A DNA stretch of 63,623 bases, the filler included, from Dugesia japonica (taxonomy: Eukaryota): the NCBI GenBank assembly GCA_001938525.1. It is 6 parts of 6 records of this genome, joined end to end, with 100 filler letters (N's around TTAATTAATTAA, not from the genome) between each part and the next. Parts side by side here need not be neighbours in the genome. Positions count along the whole stretch, not along the records: positions 1 to 13,549 come from MQRL01472448.1; 5 more parts are not named here. One strand, written 5' to 3'. The notes under the pieces were generated by a model. The model saw only the letters and a program-made list of their open reading frames with translations, was not told where the DNA came from and made no database searches. The number at the start of each line of letters is the position of its first letter. Positions within the stretch are counted from its first letter, which is position 1. A program made the position numbers and the translations under genes. Positions 1 through 12,272 of this stretch are shown piece after piece.

Positions 1-61
1 AAAAACTTCTTTATTTAATCCTTTTTGTTTGTTAACGAAAGTATAATGATTAAATATTTTT

Positions 62-108
62 AGCGGACCACTAAACGTTTTCTACGGACCACCGGTTGAG
101 AAACACTG
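62..108. mobile_element. Right end of hAT (Charlie-type) MITE
   Basis: GGTTGAGAAACACTG at 94-108 is the reverse complement of a CAGTGTTTCTCAACC hAT TIR; subterminal CGGACCAC repeats; followed by TTCTAAAG, a plausible 8-bp target site. Confidence 0.7.
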
Positions 109-565
109 TTCTAAAGTACAAATTGCAATACACTGTTTAATAAGTTTTTTGATTATTTAGAAATTCTATAATTTTTAATTTTTTTCAATGTAAATTTATT
201 TTCACTGATTTTATTAATTAATAAGTTAAAATTTTTGTTATAAAGTATCCTTATATGTCAAAGTTTTAATATTAGAAAAGAAGAAATAATTATATTTTTT
301 ACAAAATATCTTTTAACAATATGAATCTTGGGTAATAAGTTTTTATATTACTAGAATAACATTTTAAACTGTTATTATTATCTTATTCCACTACTTGGAA
401 AATTGCTGATTTGATCTGATTGAATTTGAAACTTGTGTCTAAATCCAAATTGTTTGTCAGAATTTTCCGTAGTTTGGATTTGAAATGCAAAAAGTAATTC
501 TCTATTTGGTTTAAGAATGGACTTTGGTGGTAGATGAAGAACCTTGTGATTTTCTGTTGTTGTTA

Positions 566-3500
566 GGGCAATCACGCTAGAACTGTAAATGCGGTGATAA
601 GGAAATAGCATCAACTGAAAGCAATTTTAGATGCGTTACCAAAAAAGCGCCAGAATTAATAAATTTTAACGTCAGAAAATATGATGATGCAGAGGAATCT
701 TTGAAATGATTTAAGGATTTAGAAGAGTACACTATCGTTAGCACTTTCAATTTGTTGGATATCTTTGATCTTTTATTGTCAGATGGAGTACGAATTTTTC
801 GGAAAGATTCTAAAAAGATTGAAATCACAATAGAGGAAGCCAAAAGATAGTTCACAGACACATTTATAATAAAAAAAATCGTTTTCAGAGTTGATTTTAG
901 AATCAGCAATTGCAAAAAAAGAGACTGAAGAAAGATTCGCAACATTCGAAATAAGAGTAAGAAATCTGATAGATAATGTCATGAGTTCAGAACTAAGTAA
1001 AGATGAAATAACTAATGACGTACTCTCAAAGAAGGTGAAAAATACAAAGTTGAGAGAAACATTGACAACACGTCCTAATATTAAGATCACGGAAATGAGA
1101 TCCTTAAACAAAGATTTACGAGGACAAGGAACATTTTAAACGAATCACCGAAAAGGATTAATTTTTACAATTGGATTAAAATTGGAAAACCATTTTTGTC
1201 GATGTGCAATATCAGATTAAATGGAGCATTTAATAAGGACGGAGAAAAACCATTGGGAATAGCAGAATTAAGTATACAGTGAAACAAGAAAGTCAGGCAA
1301 ATTAAAGTCATCATAGTTAAACAGATCCACCCAGAATTGATACGCGGTATTGATACAACGCAAAGTTTTGAAGTGAAATTAACAGAAATTAATAACATCG
1401 AAAATGAGAGTCTGAAGATAACACATTCTGATGAAGATAGAAAAATAACGCGTTGAAGTTTTTTAAAGGAATTGATAAAAGAAAAATGGTTCAGTTGATC
1501 CAGAATTTTGTTGAGATATTCATGGCTTCAAAGTTCGATATTGGGCATACGAAAAAAAAAGAAATAAGTAAGAAATAAAAGTTAAAGGAGATCTAATAAT
1601 ACAGCACCCTAGAAGACACCCAATGCATTTAAAAAAGAAAATTGAAGATATGATTAAAGACTTATCAAAGATTGGTGCGATCAACTAGTTTAATAGTTTT
1701 TGGAATTCCCCATTATTGATTGGGGATAAAAAGGACGGCTCAATAAGAATGTGTGTGGATTACAGACAAGTAAATTTGAGAACAAAAAAGTCTCTTTTCC
1801 AATGCAAGACATTCAGTTGTTATTAAATTGTTTATCTGGTTCAAAAGTATTTTCATCCATTGATCTGGGCCAAGCTTATTACCAAGTGGAGTTATCAGAA
1901 AAGTCAAAGGATGTACCTGCTGCTTTCAGTACAAAGAAAGGCAAATTCAGATTTAACCGAATGCCTTTTAGATTAGCTACAGCACCGGCCACTTTTCAAA
2001 AGTTAATGCATGAGTTATCAAAGGGATTAATTTTCAAAAAGGAGTTATTGTATATCTGGACAATATTCTGGTGTACGGAAAAACTTTGAAGGATCACGAC
2101 AAAAGGATAGAGACAGTCTTTTACAAGATCAGAGACTCTGGGTTAAGAATAAAGCCGGAGAAATGTAAGTTTTATCATAAAAGAAGTGTCATTCTTGGGA
2201 CATACAGTTAGTGCAAATGGTATACGTACTAATGAAGTTAAGATTCAGGAGATTAAGAATGCTATAATTTCAGAATGTTCTTCAAAACTCCATTTGTTTC
2301 ACGGACTAACAAACTACTACACGCGTTTCATAAAAGATTATGCAAAGATAGCAGCTCCTTTATCTGAAGCAGCTTCAGGTTGCAACAAACCGTTAGTTTG
2401 GACAGAAGCTTGCCAGAACAGTTTCAATACATTCAAAGACAAGTTATGTAGTGCTCCAGTATTAAAATATCCCAAAGAGCATAGGATGTTTTTTTAGACA
2501 ATGATGCTAGTTTTGTGCAGTTCTTAGTCAATGCGAAGAGTAAAAGGAAGTGATAATAGCGTATGGATCTAGACATTTGACAGCTCATGAAAAAGAATAC
2601 TGTGTGACAAGGAAAGAACAATTAACTACACACGAATTTGTACAACAATTCAAACTATATATGTATGGAAAGAGATTTATAGTAAGAACGGACCACAAAG
2701 CATTAGTGTTTTTGAACCACACAAAGAAACCAATCAGTACACAATTTGAGACACAGATGGAAAATTTGGGAGAGTATGATTTTGAACTCAAGTATTGAAA
2801 AACGCGAAGAACACAACAATGTGGATGAGTTGGCAAGGCTAAATGAGAGTTTATGTTCGCAATGTGGCATGAAACACATAGACACAAAAGAGAAAAAGCC
2901 GGAGTGAAACATATCAATTGGAATTCAACATGAGATCGATGGAATCACAATGATTCGACAGTCTCAAACAGAAGATACAGAAATACAAAGCTGTGTAGCA
3001 ATGTTGCGAGAAGATTTATAGAATAAAGTAGTGAACAAGGAAGCTACTGGAATAAACTGAAACACGAATTGAAAATAGTGAATGATTTGTTTGTAGTAGA
3101 AAGAGAAAATAAAGTTTTGTTAGTGGTTCCAACAAGCATAGTTGATAAAGTGATAAAAGAAATTCATGAAGATTTATGTCACGTGGGAAAAAAAAGTTAT
3201 TTTCATACGTGCACGATTGTTTCTTCTGGCCATGGATGTGCGAGACAATTAATAAAAGTATTGATTACTGCAAAATGTGTGTCAAAAAAACAGTACAAAG
3301 TCCTACAAAAAGAAAAAACGTATACTGTGGAGAAGCCAAAATATTTTAGAACAACTTGTAGTGAACATAGCTCATAGGGAACAGAGCAAGTCTGGACAGA
3401 AATATGTGGTGGTAATTATTGATCGTTTTAACAAACTAGTCAGCTTATCTGCAGTTTCAAAAATGGATGATGAATTGATTTTTATGATAATAACCAAAAT

Positions 3501-3726
3501 CCATTCTGACTGACAGAGGTAAAGTGTTTGAAAGTCAAGTGATGGCAAAGAAACTAGGAAAATTTGGAATTGTACAAGAATTTAGTTCCCCTTATCAACA
3601 CCAGCCAAATGGTTTGGTAAAACGGAAGATCCGAATAGTGAGAGGCATGAGTAAGATATCAATAAAAAGGAAATGTGATGAGAAAGATTCGGAGAAATTA
3701 TTACCGAGAGTAGAATTTAGTACTAA
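566..3726 (+). mobile_element. Degenerate Ty3/gypsy gag-pol (gag, protease remnant, RT, RNase H, integrase), truncated inside integrase
   Basis: RT motifs SIDLGQAYYQV, FRFNRMPFRLATAPATFQ, FLGHTVS; RNase H IAYGSR..EKEYCVT..RTDHKAL; integrase H-x3-CH and SSPYQHQPNG; many stops and frameshifts; gag 891-1139 homologous to 28986-29189. Confidence 0.93.
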
Positions 3727-4039
3727 TGTTGGGTTACTAGGCATTTGATGTTTTAGTTTTGTTTTCCTGATCTTTATTATTAATCTCTCGATCACAATTG
3801 TTTCTTCTCTTAAATATCATTTCTGCCTGAGGGATGATACCTAGTAACTACAAAGATTTGCGTTGCTTTCTCTATTCCCATATTCCCGGATTCAGCGGGA
3901 CTATGCTGTATCCCGTCTTATGTGTTCAATTTCTAATCTATCCGGCTCTCGTTATTCCATGTCATTCTTTATTACATGCTGGTGATATACGCAATAACAA
4001 CTCTTGGTAAATAAAAATTTATTTCTCAAACAACGATGA

Positions 4040-4380
4040 TTACTCATCCAGGTTGATGACTTCCTTGACCATTTCCTTTGTAATCTCTTTCTTCGGCTTT
4101 GAAACTTGTGCCAATGTTCTTACGGTGGATATCAACACCCCCTCTCTGTCAGCATAGGCCCTGATGATGTCGGCCATCCCCGACAGTACTGTGATAAGGC
4201 TAGATCTCTTTCTTTCAGCTTGACATTTGTATCCCGTAGCGACGCATTCTTTTGTTGTAGCTCCGCTATTTGGTTCTGTATTTTTTTGTAAAGAAGCCCA
4301 TTTTTCTGAATGCCCACAATTGGTGTGTCGGTCAGCTTCCTTGTATTTGACACTGCAATTATTGAGAAATTAATATTCAT
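4040..4380 (-). pseudogene. Small coiled-coil ORF (module of row 1)
   Basis: caag|ATG at 4380; heptads IQNQIAELQQKNASLRDTNVKL; continues in a shifted frame to ~4040; AATAAA at ~4020. Confidence 0.5.
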
Positions 4381-4615
4381 CTTGTATCTATATTTGTAAT
4401 AATAGTGTAATTCATAATTGAAAGCATGTTATGAAGTTTTTAAACTTAACAATATTCAAATCAACGACAAAATCTGTGTCGCATAACAACCGGGTTTAAT
4501 CGTCATCATAATTTAATTACTTTAATTCCTCGTAAAATTCTATGTTCACATTTTGTTCGACAGTAAGAAAGCAATTAAAAATAAAATATATTATAATGTA
4601 AACAGATAAGTTGGA

Positions 4616-5150
4616 TCACACAAATGTCTCAACAAAAATTTCTTCTTCATACAACGGAATCAATATTTGTTGTAATGTGGTCTCTACTTTAATAAACAAT
4701 CGATCCAACATCTTCGAATATTCTTCCGCCTCGATCTGTGTAGAACGTAACTCCTGTATTAGCTTTTGTTGCTGCTGAGCCAGTTCTGTAGAGCGAACGA
4801 GCAACGCCACTATTTCCTTTTTGCGAGCCTCTTATTCTCCTGCCAATTCTATGATTCGGTTTCGATAGGTTCGTTCCTGGGTATCTACACTTTTTTGTAG
4901 ATAATCAAGCATTGTTAACTTATGCCGAAGAGTCTCTTCCTGTCGTGAAACTTGCTCTTTCAGTTGGGTTATTTGAGCATCTTTCTGCTTGAAGCGATAT
5001 TGCACAATCCACCACGGATCCGCTTCTGTGCCCTTGGATCCAAGAAAAATCCCACAAATTCGACATACTGTTACATGGATTTGCCTGGAAGGAGCATCCT
5101 TCGGCTCCCAACGAATCTCTGGCCGTGGTATTTGTTATGTGTCGAGACAT
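4616..5150 (-). pseudogene. Frameshifted coiled-coil ORF of ~175 codons (module of row 1)
   Basis: ctag|ATG at 5150; after one frameshift reads ..WWIVQYRFKQKDAQITQLKEQVSRQEETLRHKL..*..ELAQQQQKLIQELRSTQIEAEEY, joining track ORF 4616-4810. Confidence 0.55.
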
Positions 5151-5749
5151 CTAGATAGACATAAATATATATGGATGAATAATATTAGGATATATGACAC
5201 TATAATCTATACATTGAGTTAATTTAATAATAATATAATACTTTTCGTAGGTGGATAATTTATCAGGTTATTAAGTGAACAAGCTATGGATAACTCGTCA
5301 TGATAGAAGGAGTTAGATCTTCTTCATACAGCATGGGCATTTTATAATTTATCATAAGCTGCATCTTTTCATAACTCTTCATTCGTTGGAGGTTTCATAT
5401 AAATCTTTATTCATTAGATGTTATCCCTTCAAAATCTATTTCCTCCTTCATAACGAATGGTCCTCCTGCTAGCTGCGTTATCATATTAAACTTATAAATA
5501 AAGAAGTATCAAATCATATTATAGGAATTATTAAGTTAGGTAAGAAAAATATTTATAATATTAACAGTATTAATATAAATGCATGACTAAAACAATAAGG
5601 TTCAATTATAATTGGACATCGACTTAAAATTTTCACTACAAGTACAATCCTAATAGCACAGTACAATAAGCAATTAACTAAATAACATAGAATTCAACCA
5701 CCACATATCTAATTTATTCGCATTTACTTCTTTACTTCCTCGTCTTTAA

Positions 5750-5970
5750 CCCTCATAAACTTTTACATTTCGTAACCATAATCATTTCATATTTCGTATC
5801 ACTTCATAATCATTTACTACCTCATAATCATCTCGTATCACTTCATAATCATTTAATATCTCCTAATCATTTTATATCTCGTGATAGTTAACATCTCTTA
5901 TAAGCATTAACATCTTCCATAAGCAATAACATCTTTCATCAGTATTCACATCATTCATAAACATTAACAT
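5750..5970. repeat. Degenerate ~20-bp tandem repeat
   Basis: Recurrent CATAATCATTT / CATAAGCATTAACATCT units. Confidence 0.6.
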
Positions 5971-6329
5971 GCGCTCTTTTGAATATGTAAACCATTTTAC
6001 GGTAGTCTTTTAAAAGTTCAGACTTTTTTAATATGAAGTTTTAAAAAAATGCATTTTTGCAGCAAACCATTTGAAGTTTGAAATATTATTCCTAATAATA
6101 TAGGCGATTTCCTATAACTAACAATGAAAATATTATAAAAAGCTCTTAAAACTAAGAAATTGTCTATTTTAAAAAAAGCCTATGACTTAATTGAAACAGT
6201 TTAAATACCCGGAAACTGTATTTTAAAATTATTTTAATAAATAATGTGAAGTTAAACATTTTTATACCAAGGTTTATTCATGAAATCGTTTTCAAATTAA
6301 GCTTAAGGCGCATTTAACAGTTCTGTATG

Positions 6330-7750
6330 ATTTATATACCTTATCATAGCATTTTTTTAAAGGTTTCCACAGACTCACAATGTGACTTTTTTTCATTAGC
6401 CATTCTAAACATTCTTTCTCTTATTTCTTTTGTAGGTGATTTGAACTCTTCTCTATTTATCAAACTGTTTTTGATACGAATTTCTTTAGATTTTTGGGAA
6501 ATGCTTTTTAATTTTGACCAGTCTGTGGGATTTCGAACAACAAACCAAACTGAAGACCATTCATAACTAATAAAACTATTTAGACTTTTAAGATCTTCAT
6601 TATCTACATTAAAAAGTATTTCAGCCATTAAACAATAAATAGCTTTTGAATTCCATCTGGATGAACATACATTAAACGGAATTTGTGGTATTTTAATAAG
6701 TAGTTTATCACCACTTTCTCGTAATGTCCGGATTCCTTTACAAAGTTCAAACAAATACCGATAGTCTTCTCTCCTATTTTCTAAATTAGGAAGGTCAACG
6801 CAGAATATTGGGGACAACTTTTAAACTTCTAAATATTTTTTCTGCAATTCAAACCATTTGGATTTGATTTCATTTACAAAATGGTATGTTTTATTCGGTC
6901 CAGCTGATTTTTCAGTTTCTAGAAAATAATTTATATTCTTCTTTCTCACTAAATCTGTGAGATCTATTTAAAACCATTTCGCTCTAGACTATATGGAGAT
7001 ATTAATAATTTTGATTACACCATTTCGTTTGATTATGATTGTTGTTCGCAATCAAAAAAAATAATTTCAATGTCATATCTCTGAAAAATATTCAAGAGCA
7101 ATGTTGCAATTGTACCTGCTTTTTTATTTGAAATTTCAGTCAATTCTATTAAAGACAAACACATATCATCTCTCTCTTAGAACAATAAAAATCTGATTGT
7201 GTTTAATATCTAAATACATAAATTTAACAAATCCATTGAGTGGAATAATCTTGGACAAATTAAAAGTATCCTTTCTAGTCACCACTGATAAACCACTTAT
7301 TGAAGAAGCTGATGAAAGTTCTTTTAAATATGCGGATTTTGTTTTGTAGAAGTTCATGATTGCTATCGTTTGAAAAATACCAAGATTTCCAATTTCTCTC
7401 AATTGCTCAGAAAATATAATATTTCTGTTTTTGATGCCATTGTCTATATCCATAAAATCTCTATCATAATATTCATCGTCATAAATTTCTTCAAAGCCAA
7501 TTTTCTTTTACTACTATTGCTGTTTTCAAAGAGTTTCATATCATTACTTTTTTTAATGTAAACGTCTCTTTTTTAACCGATGTATTTGCAAATCGAATAT
7601 TGTATACTAGTAATATCCACCTAATTTATACTTTTGGTTATAATAATATTGCTCATCCTCTTCAGATTTCCAAGTGTGTTTTGGTGGAAGACAATCAAAC
7701 CAAGCACCATTATTAGACAGTTACCAATCTTTTAAATTGGTGTATATGTG
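6330..7750 (-). pseudogene. Degenerate DNA transposase, probably hAT (hATm-like)
   Basis: CSSRWNSKAIYCL in ORF 6344-6817 resembles the RW..KAIY signature of hAT-type transposases; broken upstream frames 7166-7453 and ~7600-7710. Confidence 0.45.
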
Positions 7751-8089
7751 GTTGAAGTTCAAAGTTTAAAATTTTTTAAAGTTTTATTAGGTTTATTTTA
7801 TAGCCTTTCATATCTGTAACTATAACTATAAAAAAATAACCTATCTATGGAAAACTTTACTACTTATCAGTGGTGGATTCAAATCAAGCGATTGACCATT
7901 TATTTTACACTTTATTTTTAATTTTATTTCATCGGTAATTGATGATTTTTAACCATGTTTTTCTTACTCAGCGTAAAATTCTCTATCTAATAGACATGAT
8001 GATTTCATGTTACAAGGAGAAAATTTTTTTCAAAAATTTTTTATTTTTGAAAAATAATCCTAGCCGAATAACCCATCAACTGATGTTAA

Positions 8090-8420
8090 AATCTGGATAA
8101 AAAAGTTTTTCAAAAATTTTAAAAATTTCTGCTGTTCACCCTGATTACCATAACAATTTGATTTAAAAATTTAAATATTTAAACAAAATGGACTCTCCCC
8201 CGAATTTCTGTAAATTTTTTGAACTTGAAAATTTAAACAATTCACCTAAATTCTACCAAACTGACCATTGTGAGCAAATACCTTATCAAAAATAACCAAA
8301 ATGAACAATGTTAGCAAATTTTCAATTGAAATTAAGCAAATTAATCATAATCGCCCCAAACCTACAAAAATTGACAATCCCGAGGAAAATCCTTTATAAA
8401 AGTAATCAGGTTCGATTTTA
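8090..8420. repeat. Dispersed repeat with AAACTGACCA / GAGGAAA subunits, related to 40100-40800
   Basis: Shared CTGTTCACCC, ACCAAACTGACCA and CCGAGGAAA motifs. Confidence 0.5.
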
Positions 8421-8811
8421 CTGAGTAAAATTTCTTATCAAAATGAAAAAACAATGAAAGATAATGATTTACAAAAATTATTAAAAATGAAAAATAACAA
8501 AAAAAATAATTATAATTACCATAAAAAATTATTAAAAATAAAAAGTACAAAAAATATAAAAAATTATAAATTGAAAAATATGTGTGGATTTATCTATTAA
8601 GTGTGCTGAAAGGTCTATGTGTCGATTTGTTTTAGTGTCAATTTGTCTGGGTTGAATTGTCTAGTAAACATAGCTTAGATAACAAAAATTTGAATAGATA
8701 GAAGATATTTTTTATCAATATTTTTTAAATAAAAAGTGTAATTTTTTAAAATGTACTTTATATGGAAAGTTGACTGTTATTTAAAATTATTTAAAAATAA
8801 ATACCTTATAG

Positions 8812-9228
8812 CAGGTATCGGTAACCTTTTCTAGTCGTCGGGTATATTTATGATATAAAAAATTTCCGTGGGTACAAAAAAACACGAACACACACACCTT
8901 GAAAATACCGCACAAGAATACGTCGTATGATCAGCTTATTTTTCATTCTCACTATTTTTGTATACGAAATATTGATTGTGGGAAAAGAAAATATTTAGTT
9001 TAGTACATGCACAAACAGACGTTTCTAGTAGACAAAAACTTTGATTGAGTTCTTAGTCAAAATTTAATTAAAGGTTATTAACCATTTTATATAAACTGTA
9101 CAATTATTCAAATAGAGAAATTAAAATCACATTGTCCAATTTTTATTACATCTATGAATACTTACTGGTTTTTATATATTTGAATGTTGACACCAAGATG
9201 CCCAAGAGAACCACGTTGTCGATCCCTT
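8812..9228. mobile_element. hAT MITE
   Basis: Imperfect TIRs CAGGTATCGGTAAC / GTTGTCGATCCCTT; 8-bp flanks CCTTATAG / CTTTAGAG. Confidence 0.6.
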
Positions 9229-9695
9229 CTTTAGAGAATAATTATTAAAATAACTTAAAAATTTCAGGCTAATCACTAAACAAATGATAATAAACTAAAA
9301 TGTGCTATAATTAAACAGAAGTCTAAGCATTATAACATGTACAAGCATTGAAATAGTTCCTAAATCTAATTGAAATCTGCATTACTCAAAACACAAGAAT
9401 CACCATAAAATAAAATATCTGGATTGTTTAGGTATTTCGGTTGACAATATTGTTGGGGTTCCACCTGAGTTTGTGGTATAAAAACATTGCTGGGGAAAAA
9501 CAGCCTTCAGGGGACCCGTTCAAGAATTTAATCTAAAGTCCCTATTTAGATTTTTGGTATAGAGTGGTTGGCTTCCAACACTTATTTGAGGTGCACACAC
9601 GTATACATTTGTTTCGGGTTTAACATGTTTCCTTATTTGAAATTAACCAAAATCAAATAAAAAATTATTAAAACTAAGATTTATTTGGTGACATT

Positions 9696-10057
9696 CTACA
9701 TCAAATCTAGAGCCCCCGGGTCTAACCACTGGGTAGGCTCATCTACCAAATAGTTTAAGGCGGCTTCGTCGTCTTTGTCGTTCCAACGGATACACGCTTC
9801 ATTCCCTAGATGCCTGGATAAATCTGTTATGCAACGATGTAGGAAGTCAATTTTGTGCTGTAATATCTGTTTAGTCTGTTCCGCCAACTCACTCGGCTTT
9901 TTCACTATAAAATCGAGATTCTTAATTAAGCGGTTGCGTTGTGCCAAATGGCGAAATAAAGCTCGTTCTGTTTGTCTTTTAAGGTGACGCTCTACGAGAA
10001 GCTTTTGGATTAGCCGGTGGCATCTACGCAGACTGGTGGGTAATTGTATACGTGGCA
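9696..10057 (-). CDS. Module D: ATG-less basic/helical ORF of ~120 aa after a splice acceptor
   Basis: ttattatctgtttag|TG CCA CGT in frame; stop at 9696; AATAAA at 9680-9685; the track's hydrophobic N-terminus is the polypyrimidine tract. Confidence 0.6.
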
Positions 10058-10264
10058 CTAAACAGATAATAATCATTAAGATAAGAGATAAACTAAGCAT
10101 TTCAAAATTCAAATGAGATCAATAAAGATATCAATCCAGACAAAATAAATTAGTACAAATTCAAGAAGTCTTTTATTTACAAATGAACAGTAATTGCAGA
10201 ATTCAGGGCCGCGATATTTGAGTGCTCTTTTCTATCATAAGCGGCTCAAGCGGCATTCTCTTTC

Positions 10265-10560
10265 TTATTCCAGAATGACATTCAGCAGTTTATTCTCACG
10301 GTCATGGAGGGATCGAAAACTTTTTGCAATGGACTCGATTTGTGACTCCCAGAGCCTTTCTTGGGCATGGGAGGCCTCTGCTTCTTGGCGGAATGCTATG
10401 CATTTCTTTTTGTATCTCTTTACCTCACCTTCTGAAGTGGTCGTGTTGACCTCCCATCGACGTTTTGCAAGGCGATACAAGTACCATGTCATCTCAGTGT
10501 CTTCACTTGATTGACATATTTTTTTAGTGGGTGCCGAGGAGCGGTTTTAAGATAAATGCA
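10265..10560 (-). pseudogene. Module C: coiled-coil ORF of ~98 aa after a splice acceptor, one early in-frame stop
   Basis: ctaat..catcctcatctttgcag|TG CAT TTA TCT TAA AAC.. in frame with track ORF 10265-10492; TGTAAATAAA at 10172-10181. Confidence 0.55.
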
Positions 10561-10720
10561 CTGCAAAGATGAGGATGTCAATTAGTAGTTATAGAAAATT
10601 AAAAAAATCAAACAACAAATTTGATATTTAAAAGATTATTATTCCTTATAATAGCTTATGGAATTCATCAGTAACGTAAAGATACAGTGTGAATACTTTA
10701 GTAATAAAAAAAACAAATAT

Positions 10721-11145
10721 TTATAATGAAGTCTCATTGGCGGGATTCGCGTTCTCGGAATTAATGCTCTCGCCGGAATTACGGATGTTCCACAAATTAT
10801 TCTGAACGAAGGCATTCAGCTCAGAAAAAGGAGGTAAGTGTTCAGTAGACAAACTCACGATGGAAGGGCCTACCTGCTCAATCTGGACGGTTCGTGGTTC
10901 TCCATTAATATCTAACTGAGTTGTGGTAACGGCGTGGTAGACAGCACGTGTGTGATCGGGGTCCGTCCAGTTATAATAGGCCGCACGCTCGTTTGCGTCC
11001 CACTGTCTTTCATCCTCTATTTTATCGGCCGGTAAGTTTGAACGTTCTACGAGAACCCCAGCATCACGGTTATGCGGGTACTTGTAACGTTTAAAAATCG
11101 TACGCGCCGTCCTTCTATCAAGCACGATTTCCCCTTTATATTCCA
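10721..11145 (-). CDS. Module B: ATG-less 141-aa ORF after a splice acceptor, unknown product
   Basis: actaacatattttatag|TG GAA TAT in frame (branch-point-like ACTAAC); open 141 codons, relatively GC-rich. Confidence 0.65.
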
Positions 11146-11286
11146 CTATAAAATATGTTAGTTTTTTTTATCGTGTATAATTAGTGGTAAAATAATAAGA
11201 AAATGTAAGTGTAACTACTTGATTGAAATATTATTTATTTTAGTAAAAACAAAGAAGAAAATTTGTAATGAACGGCAGTCATAGTT

Positions 11287-11487
11287 TCAAGATGGCGATT
11301 GAACTTCTTCGTCCATATCCACATTAAAGTTCAATGGGAACATCTCGACGAAACACTGCAAGTCCGTTTCATCAGGATGTTCCACCAGATGAGGAAACAA
11401 GTGGTGGCCAATAAGTTGTTTGAGCCGAGCCGTCTTACGCTGCTTCCGAATCAAGCGGAGTGTATTTCTTAACTCAGCTGGAATACT
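11287..11487 (-). CDS. Module A: 66-aa ORF with no N-terminal ATG, basic N-terminal half and acidic C-terminal half (absent from ORF track)
   Basis: ttttcattacttttag|AGT ATT CCA = SIPAELRNTLRLIRKQRKTARLKQLIGHHLFPHLVEHPDETDLQCFVEMFPLNFNVDMDEEVQSPS*; AATAAA at 11234-11239. Confidence 0.55.
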   Translation of the reverse strand, partial: SIPAELRNTLRLIRKQRKTARLKQLIGHHLFPHLVEHPDETDLQCFVEMFPLNFNVDMDEEVQSPS

Positions 11488-12272
11488 CTAAAAGTAATGA
11501 AAATTTTAAAAGATTCTAGTTCATCATACTAATGACCTTCTCAAATAAAAACTAAAATAATTTAGAACTAACGAGCGCCGCTAACCTTCAGTTTTTGGTT
11601 AATGTAAACTCCTATAACAGATAATCCCCAAAGTCTGTGAGGGTAATAATGTTTATTATTATCTCAGCTAATTATTAATACACTCACAATCAATATTTTA
11701 ATAGTACTATTAAATCTTCTAGACATAGGCTAACAATCATAAAGATTCTAGTCGAGCTGGGACTAACAGTTTTTATTGCAACTATAGTACTTTTAACGAG
11801 AATAATTATTACGACATTAATAATAATATCAATGATAATAATACACTAATAGTGTGGTCTCTTAATAATAATAATGAGGTTAATATTAGTGATACTAATT
11901 TAGATGCCAATAATAATGTTAAGGATAGTAATAGCAATCATGTTAACAAAATTATTAATTTGGCCAATAATAATGGTGTGACCACCTTTAGGAATTGTCT
12001 TAATACAGAATATTGGCGATAGTTTTACTTACAATAAGTTCCAAAATAAGCTGACGGATAATAGACATCAAATTATTAATAAGAATGATCATTATAACAA
12101 CAGAATGATGGTAATAATATTTTGAATAAAATATTGATGTTTAAATTAGTAATTATCAATACATGACTAGCGACAAAACATTCGATCTTAAATCAAATAA
12201 CAGGAATAATTTGTAATATTGATTATTTACTATGATAGTGGTGGTTGCAATCGCATCTAATAGAAAAAGGAA

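Larger units (their letters stand above)
3727..5970 (-). mobile_element. Insertion carrying a decayed row of small ORFs; probable accessory region of a large LTR element
   Basis: Starts TGTTGGG exactly where the integrase diverges from its sister copy at ~28360; minus-strand ORF modules at ~5485-5240, 5150-4616, 4380-4040 and ~3980-3740; right boundary uncertain. Confidence 0.5.

Noticed and set aside
378-560. Minus-strand ORF with PPKSILK as a host terminal exon
   Set aside because: No recognisable domain; its 5' part is gypsy sequence; cannot be supported
577-1398. Antisense ORFs over gag/pol (also 2585-2917, 17299-17574, 30166-30606)
   Set aside because: Shadow frames of A-rich retroelement coding strands
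10058-10112. Signal-peptide-like N-terminus of ORF 9696-10112
   Set aside because: Starts at TTG and coincides with the T-rich acceptor tract; better explained as intron
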